In this document: one piece after another, positions 1 to 12,353 of the stretch | Layout: the number at the start of each line of letters is the position of its first letter | How positions within the stretch are numbered: position 1 is the stretch's first letter | Source of the DNA: Squalus acanthias | Taxonomy: Eukaryota | Direction of reading: 5' to 3' | DNA: 64,000 nt | Assembly (NCBI GenBank): GCA_030390025.1 | Contig: CM059432.1 | Location: 131,504,001-131,568,000, forward strand | The notes under the pieces: generated by a model | Seen by the model: the letters and a program-made list of their open reading frames with translations, nothing else | Told to the model about the DNA's origin: nothing | The model's database searches: none | Translations under genes and position numbers: made by a program

Positions 1-185
1 CCTCTCCTCCTTTAAGACGCTGCTTAAAACCTACCTTTTTGACCAAGCTTTTGGTCATCTGTCCTAATATCTCCTTATGTGCCTCGATGTCAAAATTTGT
101 CTGATAACGCTCCTGTGAAGCGCCTTGGGATGTTTTGCTACGTTAAAGACGCTATATAAATGCAAGCTGTTTTTGATGTTGTTGT
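1..185 (+). mobile_element. L2-type LINE 3' end fragment
   Basis: Ends in gacgctatataaatgcaag followed by a (gtt)n-like tail; the same 3' end recurs near 38100, 50370 and 50940. Confidence 0.7.
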
Positions 186-262
186 AAGTTTGCTGATGAC
201 TTCAGCAACTTGCAGTTAACTAGCGCCTTTAATGTAGTAAAATGTCCCAAGGCGCTTACAAT

Positions 263-1005
263 GGCCCAGAAATTGATCTCACTCTGTTCCCGCGGGGGTA
301 AGGCATCCCCGCGATCTCTCACTCCGCTTGTGCTTTTTCAGATCCAGCTCGCACGAACTTGGTGTTCCAGACATCAGCTGGGCAGTGCTTGCGTATCCCA
401 CCGGCGTAGTGAATTCGTGCGAGCTGTGGGATCACGTGACTCAGTTAGAGCCAATGGCAGCACACCATCTTCCATTCATAAGTTTCACATACGTGCTGTG
501 AAATCTATGATTCTTACACCCCCCAAAATAACAGCTAAACCTCAATTAAATTTTTAAAAAAACCCATCACATTAATAAAATAAGTATAGTTAAATAAATT
601 AACCATTTTAAATAAAAAATTAAATTTTTGAAAAAATTTAAAATCTTTTAAAAAGTTATAAAAATAAACTTACCTGTCTTTAAAGTCTCTAAAAAAGATA
701 TACCTGTTAAAAAAAATTCAAAAAAATACTTAATTCACTACTTACCTTGTTAAAAGTGGGTCTTACTCCTCCTTTTTCCATTTCTAAAATCTTCCGTACT
801 TACCTGCGCGTCCAAAGCATGAAGTGCACAGCGTGCGCGCAGCCTGTAGCGCGCACGCGATGCACCGAGGAACCGCCCCCTTTTCAAAAGAGCAAGTGCC
901 GGTTTTCAGCGCATGCGCAGGGCATGCAGAAAACCGGCAATTGGAGTGGGAATACGCGAGAGTACGCAGTGCGTACTCTTGCGTCGCGGGATCAATTTCT
1001 GGGCC
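263..1005. mobile_element. Non-autonomous PIF/Harbinger-like element (MITE)
   Basis: Terminal inverted repeats GGCCCAGAAATTGATC...GATCAATTTCTGGGCC; GC-rich ends with an AT-rich middle; flanks AAT/ATT; no coding capacity. Confidence 0.75.
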
Positions 1006-2057
1006 ATTATAAATGAGCTGTGATACACTCGTTCCCTTTGACAAAGTGAAAATTAGCTCAGCTTTCAATTATGCTGGATTCAGTAGAGCTTCTTTTCGAA
1101 TCTGGCAGGTACAACAATGTCAGATCTGAGTACCTCCCCTTCTGCCCATGAATGATTTTTGGAGCCTGAAGCAAGATATGGCCTTCAGCGTCATGCATGT
1201 TTTTGCGCTCACACTGACATCTCACAGCCTGCACAAAGATTTTTCTTCACCTGTTCTCATCTTAGCTGCTGTGTGAGGACTAGCTAAAGAAATACAAGGT
1301 TTTAAAATAGTTAGAAAACAGTGTGTACAAGTGACCACTAGACAAGTGTGCGCACATCTGCATAGCGCTCACTCCTGTGTGGCAATTGAAAGGCTTAATT
1401 TTCTTCTCTTAAGCTGATGTTTTCCTCAGCCAGTCTTCATGCAATGATCAGTATAATTAGGTGAAATAATGGTTGTGCAATCACTGTGGGAGATTGAGAA
1501 AGAGTGAGGGAGGCAGCTGTTTTTAGGTGTGCAGAATTCGGGAGGGAAATCTATACATCCATTTAAATGGCCAGAAAACTATTGAACTCAAACTGCATCA
1601 GGAGTCAGACCAATGACTGATGTGGGTTTTAGTCGACTCAAAGCCCAGGCACACAGGCACCCAGCACCCTCATTCCTGATTCCATCCCTCTCCCCAACTG
1701 CTTAGTAAGGCTGAATCTGATGTTGCGCAACCTTGGTGTCCTGTTTGACCATGAGCTGAGATTCAATCTATCATCCTATCCATCACCAAGACTGCCTACT
1801 CGACCTCTATAACATTGCCTGCCTCTATCCTGACTTTGCCTCAATGGCTGCTGAAACTTTCAGCCATGGTTTTGTAACCTCCAATAAGTTTCTTGCCAGT
1901 CTCCCGAACTGCATTCTGTACAAACTCCAACTTGTTCAAAACTCCACTGCCCACATCCTATCTCATCAATCAACCCTGCCCTACTGCCCTCCACCCCTAT
2001 GTCCTGGCTTGCATCCTCTGCTCATCCTACTTTGCTCTACTGCGCCTCTCCTCCACA

Positions 2058-5000
2058 GAGTCATAGAGTCATAGAGTTATACAGCACAGAAAGAGGCCCT
2101 TCGGCCCATCGTGTCCGCGCCGGCCATCAAGCCCTGTCTATTCTAATCCCATTTTCCAGCACTTGGTCCGTAGCCTTGTATGCTATGGCGTTTCAAGTGC
2201 TCATCTAAATGCTTCTTGAATGTTGTGAGGGTTTCTGCCTCTACCACACTTTCAGGCAGTGAGTTCCAGATTCCAACCACCCTCTGGGTGAAAAAGCTTT
2301 TCCTCAAATCCCCTCTAAACCTCCTGCCCCTTACCTTGAAACTATGCCCCCTGGTTATTGACCCCTCTACGAAGGGGAAAAGTTCCTTTCTATCTACCCT
2401 ATCTATGCCCCTCATAATTTTGTACACCTCAATCAGGTCCCCCCTCAGCCTTCTCTGCTCTAAGGAAAACAACCCCAGCCTGTCCAGTCTCTCTTCATAG
2501 CTGAAGCACTCCAGCCCAGGTAACATCCTGGTGAATCTCCTCTGCACCCTCTCCAATGCAATCACATCCCTCCTATTGTGTGGCGACCAGAACTGCACAC
2601 ACTATTCAGCTGTGGCCTAACCAGCGTTTTGTATAGCTCCATCATAACCTCCCTGCTCTTATATTCTATGCCTCGGCTAATGAAGGCAAACATAAAAACA
2701 TAGAAGATAGGAGCAGGAGTAGGCCATTCAGCCGCTCGAGCCTGTTCCGCCATTTAATGAGATCATGGCTGATCATCCAAATTTAGTACCCAGTCCCTGC
2801 TTTTCCCCATATCCCTTGATCCCTTTAGCCTTAAGAAATGTATCTAACTCCTTCTTGAATATATTTAATGAGTTGGCCTCAACTGCCTTCTGTGGTAGAG
2901 AATTCCACAGGTTCACCACTCTCTGGGTGAAGAAATCCCTCCTCATCTCAGTCCTAAATGGCTTACCCCTTATCCTTAGACTGTGACCCCTTGTTCTGGA
3001 CTCCCCCGCCATCGGGAACATCCTTCCTGCATCTAGTCTGTCTAGTCCTGTTAGAATTTTATAAGTTTCAATGAGTTCCCATCTCATTCTTCTAAACTCT
3101 AGCGAATATAAGCCTAATCGACACAATCACTCTTCATACGTCATTCCTGCCATCCCAGGTATCAGTCTGGTGAATCTTCGCTGCACTTCCTCCATGGCAA
3201 GAACATCCTTCCTCAGAGAAGGCGACCAAAACTGCACACAATACTCAAGGTGTGGTCTCACCAAGGCCTTGTACAACTGCAGCAAGACATCCTTGCTCCT
3301 GTACTCGAATCCTCTCGCTATGAAGGCCAACATACCATTTGCCTTCTTAACCGCCTGCTGCACCTGCATGCTTACCTTCAGTGACTGGTGCACAAGGACA
3401 CCCAGGTCTCGTTGCACTTCCCCTTTTCCCAATCTATTGCTGTTCAGATAATAATCTGTCTTCCTGTTTTTGCCACCAAAGTGGATAACCTCACATTTAT
3501 CCACATTATACTGCATCTGCCATGCATTTGCCCAATCACCCAACTTGTCGAAATCACACTGGAGTTTCTCTGCATCCTCCTCACAGCACACACGCCCACC
3601 CAGCTTTGTGTCATCTGCAAACTTGAAAATATTACATCTAGTTCCCTCGTCTAGATCATTAATATATATTGTGAATAGCTGGGTTCCTAGCACTGATCCC
3701 TGCAGTACCCCACTAGTCACTGCCTGCCACTCGGAAGAAGACCCGTTTATTCCAACTCTTTGCTTCCTGTCTGCCAACCAGTTCTCTATCCAAGTCAGTA
3801 CCTTACCCCCAATCCCATGTGCTTTAACTTTGCACGCTAATCTCTTATGCGGGACCTTATCGAAAGCCTTCTTAAAGTCCAAATACACCACATCCACTGG
3901 TTCTCCCTTATCTATCCTACCAGTTACATCTTCAAAAAATTCCAGTAGATTAGTCAAGCATGATTTACCTTTTGTAAATCCATGTTGACTTTGTCCGATC
4001 CTGTCACTGTTTTCCAAGTGCTCTGCTATTACATCTTTTATAATGGACTCTAGCATTTTCCCCACTACCGATCTCAGGCTTACCGGTCTGCAATTCCTCG
4101 TTTTCTCTCTACCACCTTTTTTAATTAGTGGGGTTACATTAGCTACCCTCTATTCATGAGTCTGTAGAATTTTGGAAGATGACCAGCAATGCATCTACTA
4201 TTTCTAGGGCCACTTCCTTAAGTACCCTAGGATGTAGATTATCAGGCCCTGGGGATTTATCTGCTTTCAATCCCATCAATTTCCCTAACACCATTTCCCT
4301 ACAAATACTGATTTTATTCAATTCCTCCCTCTCATTAGACCCTATGTTCCCCGACATCTTTGGGAGGTTATTTGTGTCCTCCTTTGTGAAGACAGAACCA
4401 AAGTATGTATTTAATTGGTCTGCCATTTCTTTGTTCCCCATTATAAATTCCCTTCATTCTGACTGCAAGGGACCTATGCTGGACTTCACCAATCTTTTTC
4501 TCTTCACATATCTATAGAAGCTTTTACAGTCAGTTTTTATGTTCCCTGCAAGCTTACTCTCATATTCTATTTTCCCCTTCTTAATTAATCCCTTTGTCCT
4601 CCTTTGCTGAATCCTAAACTGCTCCCAATCCTCAGGTTTGCTGCTTTTTCTGGCCAATTTATATGTCCTCTCCTTGGATCTTATGCTATCCCTAATTTCC
4701 CTTGTTAGCCACGGTTGAGTCACCTTTTTTGTTTTATTTTTATGCCAAACAGGGATGAACAAATTCTGTAGTTCATCCATGCGATCTTTAAATGTTTGCC
4801 ATTGCCTATCCACCGTCAACCCTTTAAGTAACACTCCCCAATCCATCCTAGCCAACTCGCGCCTCATACCATCGTAGTTTCCTTTATTTAAATTCAGGAC
4901 CCTAGTCTCTGAGTCAACTACTTCACTCTCAATCTTAATGAAGAATTCTATCATATTATGATCGCATATGCCTTTTTAACCACCATATCTACCTGTCCTG

Positions 5001-5640
5001 CTGCCTTCAGGGATCTATGTACATGCACACCTAGGTCCATCTGATCCTCTGTCCTTCCTAGGGTCCTACCATTCATTGTGTATTCCCTTGCCTTGTTAGT
5101 CCTCCCAAAATGCATCACCTCACACTTTTCAGGGTTAAATTCCATTTGTCACTGTTCTGCCCATCTAACCAACCCATCTATATCGTCCTGTAGCCTGAGG
5201 CTTCCCTCCTCGCTATTTACCACTCCACCAATTTTCGTGTCATCTGCGAACTTACTGATCATACCTCCTACATTCATATCTAAATAATGAATGTACACTA
5301 CAAACAGCAAAGGACCCAGCATCGATCCCTGCGGTACACCACTGGACACAGGCTTCCAGTCACAAAAACAACCTTCGACCATCACCCTCTGCATCCTGCC
5401 ACTTAAGCCAATTTTGGATCCAATGTGCCAAATTGCCCTGGATCCCATGGGCTCTTACCTTCTTGACCAGTCTCCCATGCGGGACTTTGTCAAAAGCCTT
5501 ACTGAAGTCCATGTAGACTACATCAACTGCACTACCCTCATCCACACACCTAGTCACCCCCTTGAAAAATTCAATCAAATTGGTTAGACATGATCTCCCC
5601 CTGACAAAGCCATGCTGACTATCCTTGATTAATCCTTGCC
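2058..5640 (-). mobile_element. CR1 LINE (subfamily A), RT/C-terminal part, interrupted by a second CR1 at 2691-4965
   Basis: ORFs 2143-2598, 4951-5145, 5149-5448 and 5360-5578 carry the RT motifs DFSKAFD, GVPQGS, KFADD and VQFWSP...LERVQRR; short-repeat 3' tail near 2060. Confidence 0.9.
2691..4965 (-). mobile_element. CR1 LINE (subfamily B), 5'-truncated ORF2 with disablements
   Basis: ORFs 4454-4954, 4154-4441, 3127-4065 and 2773-3126 (KSPGPD, QHGF, FADD); near-identical to 9730-11970 in the opposite orientation. Confidence 0.92.
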
Positions 5641-6267
5641 ATCAACTCTCTATTGGTGGCACGGTTTTTAGCCAGCATGTCCTTGCTCTCTGATATTTTT
5701 TCCTAAATCTCTTCACCTTGCTGCATCTTTCCCTGCCTTTAAATACATCCTCAAAATCTATCTCTTCAAGGACACCTTTGGTCACATCCTTATCTCTTCT
5801 AGCTCCATTTTGGTGTCTAATCCATCCACCCTAAAATGATGCAGCATGCAGTACACCATGACAAAATTGGAGACATGGTCAGGAGTGTACTGCAGAGCTC
5901 CTCCAGAATGGTGCAGGTAGCGGAACCATTGCTTGAGTATGCTGATGGTATGCTCAATAAGATTTCTGGTGGCATGTTGGCCAGCCCTGCATAGGTGCCC
6001 GGGTTGCTGGCAGGAGTCATAAGCCATATCTGGGGGCGGGAGGGGAGAAGCGATATCCCATGTCATCAAGTAGCCAGCCTGTGACCTGATGGCCTGGTTG
6101 GAGTAGAGGTGGGACAGAGGACCGATGCAGGATGAAGGCATCATGACTGCAGCCAGGAAACCGGGGACAGAACTATGTTATACGTTACCTGCGGTCGCAA
6201 ACAAGCTGGACGTTAAGGGAGTGGTATCACTTTCTGTTGAAGAAGATGCCAAGCTGGCGATGGGGAG

Positions 6268-6728
6268 TGTTGTGGAGAAAATTAGATTCTCAGAGTCTGT
6301 GTAAAGTCCAAAAACACATAGTTTATTGACAAAGTACTTTGGGAGCAGGAGTCAAAGGTCCCGTGACCTAATGTAACATCCTTCTCATTTAACTTTTGGT
6401 CATTACAGCTTATATTCAATATTTCTGGCTACATGCCATCATACATCGATTTTTGTCCAATTATATGGTATTACATTAATCACCTGATTATATTTTGCCT
6501 TTATCTATATTTATTTGGCAACAATCATAAAAGCAGTTACATCTTGTTACGCTTTTTTGAGCATGGTCTAATCCCACAGTCTACTACTGTATGTTATCTG
6601 TGATTGGCACTGTGCCTACGGCTTCGACCTAATTTTATAAAAAGGTCTCTTTCAATACCTTCACTGCACATGGTTTTATTGCAAATTCTGCAGAAATTGA
6701 ATTTGACCATTTCAAATTAACTCTTTCA
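6268..6728 (-). mobile_element. Solo LTR (461 bp)
   Basis: TG...CA ends; 5-bp TSD GGGAG (6263-6267 and 6729-6733); AATAAA on the - strand near 6322-6327; interrupts the transposase. Confidence 0.75.
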
Positions 6729-7189
6729 GGGAGCATGAAGGGCAATGTGAGTGTAGTCTGGCACCTTGGACCCTGGGGAAACCTGTAAATGGTGCAAAAG
6801 CCTCGTGCTGTCTTGTTCTGCTTCGCTTGATCCATGGGGAAGGAGATGTAGATGTTCCTCCTGGCGGCGAGAGTACTGGTCAGCTCCCTAATACAGTGGT
6901 GGACTGCGAACTGGCATGTGTCACTGATGTCACCTGCTGCAGCCTGGAATGACCCCGTGGCATAAAGGTTAAAGGCAACAGTGACCCTGACAGCCACAGG
7001 CAGTGCTGTCGATGCTCTGGTTTGCAGCTTTAGTTGTGGCTTCGGGGGGTAACAGAGCTCCATTGCAGCCTCCTTGGTGAAGCGCAGGCACATCACACAT
7101 TGTTCCTCGGTCAGGTTAAGGCATGAAAATTCTCCCTGAAGACCCCTGTGGGCAGGGCCTCCTGCACAGTGCTCTCCTCCTCCCTCTTC

Positions 7190-7411
7190 TCCCTGGCCAA
7201 TATTTATCCCTCAGTCAACATCACTAAAACAGATTATCTGGTCAATATCACATTGCTGTTTGTGGTAGCTTGCTGTGCGCAAATTGGCTGCCACGTTTCC
7301 TACATTACAACAGTGACTACACTTCATAAAAGTACACTTCATTGCCTGTAAAGTGTTTTGGGACGTCCGGTGGTCGTGAAAGGCGCTATATAAATGCAAG
7401 TCTTTCTTTCT
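7190..7411 (+). mobile_element. DeuSINE (SacSINE1-like) 3' fragment
   Basis: Matches the 3' half of the full-length copy at 45654-46110; tail gcgctatataaatgcaagtctttcttt. Confidence 0.75.
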
Positions 7412-8556
7412 TTTAGCTGTTCCTGCTCACTGCTGCCTTCTTTCCTGCTCCCTCTCCTCCTCCTCCAGCCCTGAAGGCAGACCTACCAGACCACCCACGA
7501 GTGAAGTAAAGTATTTTCAAGGCAGACAAGTTGTCTCGCACCAGGAAAAAGTTGTTCCCAGAACTCACAAGATTTTTTACTTCTGGTCTCTGCTGATTTA
7601 GTTGTTCTCACCCTGGGAGTGCTACAATTATCCTCAATATTCCTGAGGGGAAAAAAAGGAGGGAATATGCATGTGAGTGGATGTCAGGTGAGGACAGTGT
7701 TTGGCTCAGATCTGATGTCTTCGACGGTTCAGTTGCCTGCTAAAATTCACCGTCTAAGCTTACAGATTAAAAATGACAGCAAGTTACCTGAAGGCTCTCC
7801 ATACCTGTGGAATTGTAGCCCAGTGTGATTTATTACCCTCAGAAGAGAATGGCAAAGGGGAGGGAACTGGGGGAAAAAAATGTTCCTGCCCAGTCTAACT
7901 TGTGGATAGTTTAAAACACTTTAAAAGTTTTCCTGTGTTCAATTCAAAATATGTTGCACTATTTAAAATTCTCTTCAGTACATAGTTAGAAACTTACAAA
8001 TATTTCAAATGCAACTGAAACCGTGAACTGCGACAGAGGTGGGAGGAGGCCCATGACGATCAAGTAAGAGCCTGCATTCATGCAGAGCCAGAAACTAGTG
8101 TAACCTTGTACCTTGCCCCAGGAGAAGGTGCGGTTTGGAAAACTGTCTGGTAGGCCCTGTATATGGACTAAAACCATTTCATGCCTCTTACTGGATAACT
8201 AATGTGCAAACAAACAGATTCCCCTGTATCACGGCAGCAGAATGGCCAGTATAAAATCACAACAAATCATGTCTGTGACTCATTTACAGTATATTAGCAG
8301 AGTCTGGTCTGTATCATTTTTCTAGATCTTTAAAAAGGGTGAACTTTGAAACTGTCATTAAAGTGGGAACACACTTTCAACCTCTGTGCAGAAAACAAGG
8401 GTGAACACATGGGGTTGGAACAAAACTTCTCACTTTTAGGAACTAGGGTTGAAACCATCTATGAGCTGATGAGGTGATAGTCACAAATACAAACAGAAAA
8501 TGCTGGAAATACTCATCAGGTCAGGCAGCATCTGTGGAGAGAGAAACAGAGTTAAC

Positions 8557-11500
8557 GGGCTGGATTTTCTCAGCCCCGAGGAGGTGGGCATGGAGGCGGG
8601 ACTGCCGGTAAAGTAGCAGAAAGTGGGGGCGGATGGCAAACCCGCCCCCATCGCGCCTCCGTGCCTTTTTACCAGGAGGCAGGAAGATGTGCTGCTTGAG
8701 GTCCCATTTCCTGGAGGCGGGAAAGGCATTTAATCCTTTTAACTGCCTGTTAACAGGTAGTTAACAGGCAGAATAAAGGATTAGTGCCATTTTACCTTCA
8801 CAGGTCAAGGTTTCCTGACCTCGGAGAACCCCGCCGGGTTGGAGGAGACGTGAAGGAGGTCTGCGGGGGCCGGAGGCACCTAGAAGTAAGATGTAGAGGT
8901 GAGTGATGGGTGCAAGTGTGGTGTGGTAAGTATGTAAAGTGAGTGATAAGTTTAAAAAAATGTTAACTTACCTTGTTTTCTTCCTACAGCCTTCATCCAC
9001 CCTGGATCGGGAGACCCGATATCTTCCAGTCAGAGAAAACAACGGTTTAAATCAAACATGGCCACAGTAAATACTAATTCTAATAGGTCTAAGAGAGTTA
9101 AAAAAACAAGCCTGAAGGCTTTGTGTCTTGATGCAAGGAGCATTCAGAACAAGGTGGATGAATTAGCTGCGCAAATAGAGGTAAACGAATATGATTTGAT
9201 TGGGATTACCGAAACATGGCTCCAGGGTGGCCAAGGCTGGGAACTCAACATCCAGGGGTACTCAATATTCAGGAAAGATAGGCAAAAAGGAAAGGGAGGT
9301 GGGGTAGCATTGCTGGTTAAAGAGGGGATTAACACAATTGAAAGGAAGCATATTAGCTCTGATGATGTGGAATCTGTATGGGTTGAACTGAGAAATAACA
9401 AGGGGCAGAAAACGTTAGTGGGAGTGGTGTATAGACCCCCAAACAGTAATATGGAGGTTGGGGATGGCATTAAAAGGGAAATTAGAGAAGCGTGCAATAA
9501 GGGCACAGCAGTCATCATGGGTGACTTTAATCTACATATAGATTGGGCTAACCAAATTAGTAACAATACTATGGAGGAGGAATTCCTGGAGTGTTTACGG
9601 GATGGTTTCCTGGACCAATATGTCGAGGAACCAACCAGAGATCAGGCCATCTTAGACTGGGTATTATGCAATGAGAAAGGATTAATTAGCAATCTTGTTG
9701 TGCGAGGCCCCTTGGGTCAGAGCGATCATAATATGATAGAATTCTTCATTAAGATTGAGAGTGAAGTAGTTGACTCAGAGACTAGGGTCCTGAATTTAAA
9801 TAAAGGAAACTACGATGGTATGAGGTGCGAGTTGGGTAGGATTGATTGGGGAATGTCACTCAAAGGGTTGACGGTGGATGGCAAACATTCAAAGACCGCA
9901 TGGACGAACTACAGAATTTGTTCATCCCAGTGTGGCATAAGAATAAAACAAAAAGGGTGACTCAACCGTGGCTAACAAGGGAAATTAGGGATAGCATAAG
10001 ATCCAAGGAGAGGGCATATACATTGGCCAGAAAAAGCAGTAACCCTGAGGATTGGGAGCAGTTTAAGATTCAACAAAGGAGGACCAAGGGATTAATTAAG
10101 AAGGGGAAAATAGAATATGAGAGTAAGCTTGCAGGGAACATAAAAACTGACTGTAAAAGCTTTTATAGATATGTGAAGAGAAAAAGAATAGTGAAATCAA
10201 GCATAGGTCCCTTGCAGTCAGAATCAGGGGAACTTATAATGGGGAACAAAGAAATGGCCGACCAATTAAATACATATTTTGGTTCTGTCTTCACAAAGGA
10301 GGACACAAATAACCTCCCAGAGATGTTGGGGAACATAGGGTCTGATGAAAGGGAGGAACTGAAAGAAATCAGTATTTGTAGGGAAATGGTGTTAGGGAAA
10401 TTGAAGGGACTGAAGGCCGATAAATCCCCAGGGCCTGATAATCTACATCCTAGGGTACTTAAGGAAGTGGCCCTAGAAATAGTAGATGCATTGCTGATCA
10501 TCTTCCAACATTCGATGGAATCTGGAACAGTACCCATGGATTGGAGGGTAGCTAATGTTACCCCACTATTCAAAAAGGGTGGTAGAGAGAAAATGGGGAA
10601 TTACAGACCGGTAAGCCTGACATCGGTAGTGGGGAAAATGCTAGAGTCCATTATAAAAGATGTAATAGCTGAGCACTTGGAAAGCAGTGACAGGATCGGA
10701 CAAAGTCAACATGGATTTACAAAAGGTAAATCATGCTTGACTAATCTACTGGAATTTTTTGAGGATGTAACTGGTAAAATAGATAAGGGAGAACCAGTGG
10801 ATGTGGTGTATTTGGACTTCCAAAAGGCTTTTGATAAGGTTCCGCATAAGAGATTAGCGTGTAAAGTTAAGGCACATGGGATTGGGGGCAAGGTATTGAT
10901 TTGGATAGAGAACTGGTTGGCAGACAGAAAGCAAAGAGTTGGAATAAACGGGTCTTTTTCCGAGTGGCAGGCAGTGACAAGTGAGGTACTGCAGGGATCG
11001 GTCCTTGGACCTCAGCTATTCACAATATATATTAATGATCTAGACAAGGAACTCGATGTAATATCTCCAAGTTTGCAGACGACACAAAACTGGGTGGGCG
11101 TGTATGCTGCGAGGAGGATGCCGTGAAACTCCAGGATGATTTGGACAGGTTGGGTGATTGGGAAGAAGCGTGGCAGATGCAATATAACGTGGATAAGTGC
11201 GAGGTTATCCACTTTGGTGTCAAAAACAGAAAGGCAGATTGTTATCTGAATGGCAATAGATTGGGAGAAGGGGAAGTGCAACGAGACCTGGGTGTCCTTG
11301 TGCACCAGTCGCTGAAGGTAAGCATGCAGGTGCAGCAGGCGGTTAAGAAGGCAAATGGTATGTTGACCTTCATAGCGAGAGGGTTTGAGTACAGGAACAA
11401 GGATGTCTTGCTGCAGTTGTACAGGGCCTTGGTGAGACCACACCTTGAGTACTGTGTGCAGTTTTGGTCGCCTTATCTGAGGAAGGATGTTCTTGCCATG

Positions 11501-12353
11501 GAAGGAGTTCAGCAAAGATTCACAAGGCTGATACCTGGGATGGCAGGAATGACGTATGAAGAGAGATTGGGTCGATTGGGCTTATACTCACTGGAGTTTA
11601 GAAGAATGAGAGTACAGGACAGGACAAACTAGATGCAGGAAGGATGTTCCCGATGGTCGGGGTGTCCAGAACCACGGGGTCACAGTCTAAGGATAAGGGG
11701 TAAGCCATTTAGGACAGAAATGAGGAGGAATTTCTTCACCCAGAGAGTGGTGAACCTGTGGAATTCTCTGCAACAGAAGGCAGTAAAGGCCAATTCATTA
11801 AATAGATTCAAGAAGGAGTTGGATATATTTCTTAAGGCTAAAGGGATCAAGGGATATGGGGAGAAAGCAGGGACAGGGTACTGAATTTGGATGATCAGCC
11901 ATGATCGCAATGAATGGCGGAGCAGGCTAGAGGGGCCGAATGGCCTACTCCTGCTCCTATCTTCTATGATTCTATGATTCTATGATTTCACAGACTGACT
12001 GTTGGATCCTCCGAACCAACAGCCATGTGAAATTTACAAAGTTGAAAGGTTTGATGAGTCCTGAACGCAAAGTCTCATCAAACTACAGAGAATGTCAGTG
12101 TTTGACAGCTTCACAGAGCTGTCAAACGCTAACATTTCTTCTTTGAAGAAGTCTTGACAGATAGCACGTCTGACGTTGATGTGCTCTGTCAGTGACTTCC
12201 TCCCTAATTGGCCTGCTGAGCCCGCAGGGCGGGCTTAACAAGGTCAATCAGGGGAAAATCCCTATGTTTGGTAACACGAGGATGGAGGCGGGACATTGAC
12301 ACGACAAGCAGCAGTCCCGCCTCCAACTCGTCTCCATTCACAAAATCCAGCCC
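8557..12353. mobile_element. Non-autonomous Harbinger-like element containing a CR1 insertion
   Basis: TIRs GGGCTGGATTTT...AAAATCCAGCCC; 3-bp TSD AAC/AAT (consistent with CpG decay); host repeat rejoins as gagttaac|gtttcagg. Confidence 0.8.
9032..11987 (+). mobile_element. CR1 LINE with near-complete ORF2 (APE endonuclease + RT), frameshifted
   Basis: ORF 9058-9960 has APE motifs (GITETWL, GDFN, SDH); 9846-11126 and 11123-11632 are RT; (ATTCTATG)n 3' tail at about 11962-11987. Confidence 0.95.

Larger units (their letters stand above)
1680..5790 (+). mobile_element. Degraded L2 fragment (about 1680-2055 and 5640-5790) split by nested CR1 insertions
   Basis: Translation AAETFSHGFVTS...LQLVQNSTAHIL resembles the L2 ORF2 C-terminus; the sequence resumes after the CR1s. 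Boundaries approximate. Confidence 0.55.
5790..7500 (-). mobile_element. Degraded Harbinger (HARBI1-like DDE) transposase, interrupted by a solo LTR and a SINE
   Basis: ALPVAVRVTVAFNLYATGSFQAAAGDIS and HATRNLIEHTISILKQWFRYL...GGALQY are typical PIF/Harbinger transposase motifs. Confidence 0.8.

Noticed and set aside
796..808. U1 snRNA 5' end (tacttacctg)
   Set aside because: Similarity stops after about 10 nt; no U1 body follows.
2180..4517. Antisense ORFs over CR1 (and similar ones at 9144, 10163, 42094, 59100)
   Set aside because: Shadow frames of LINE ORF2 that recur in every copy.
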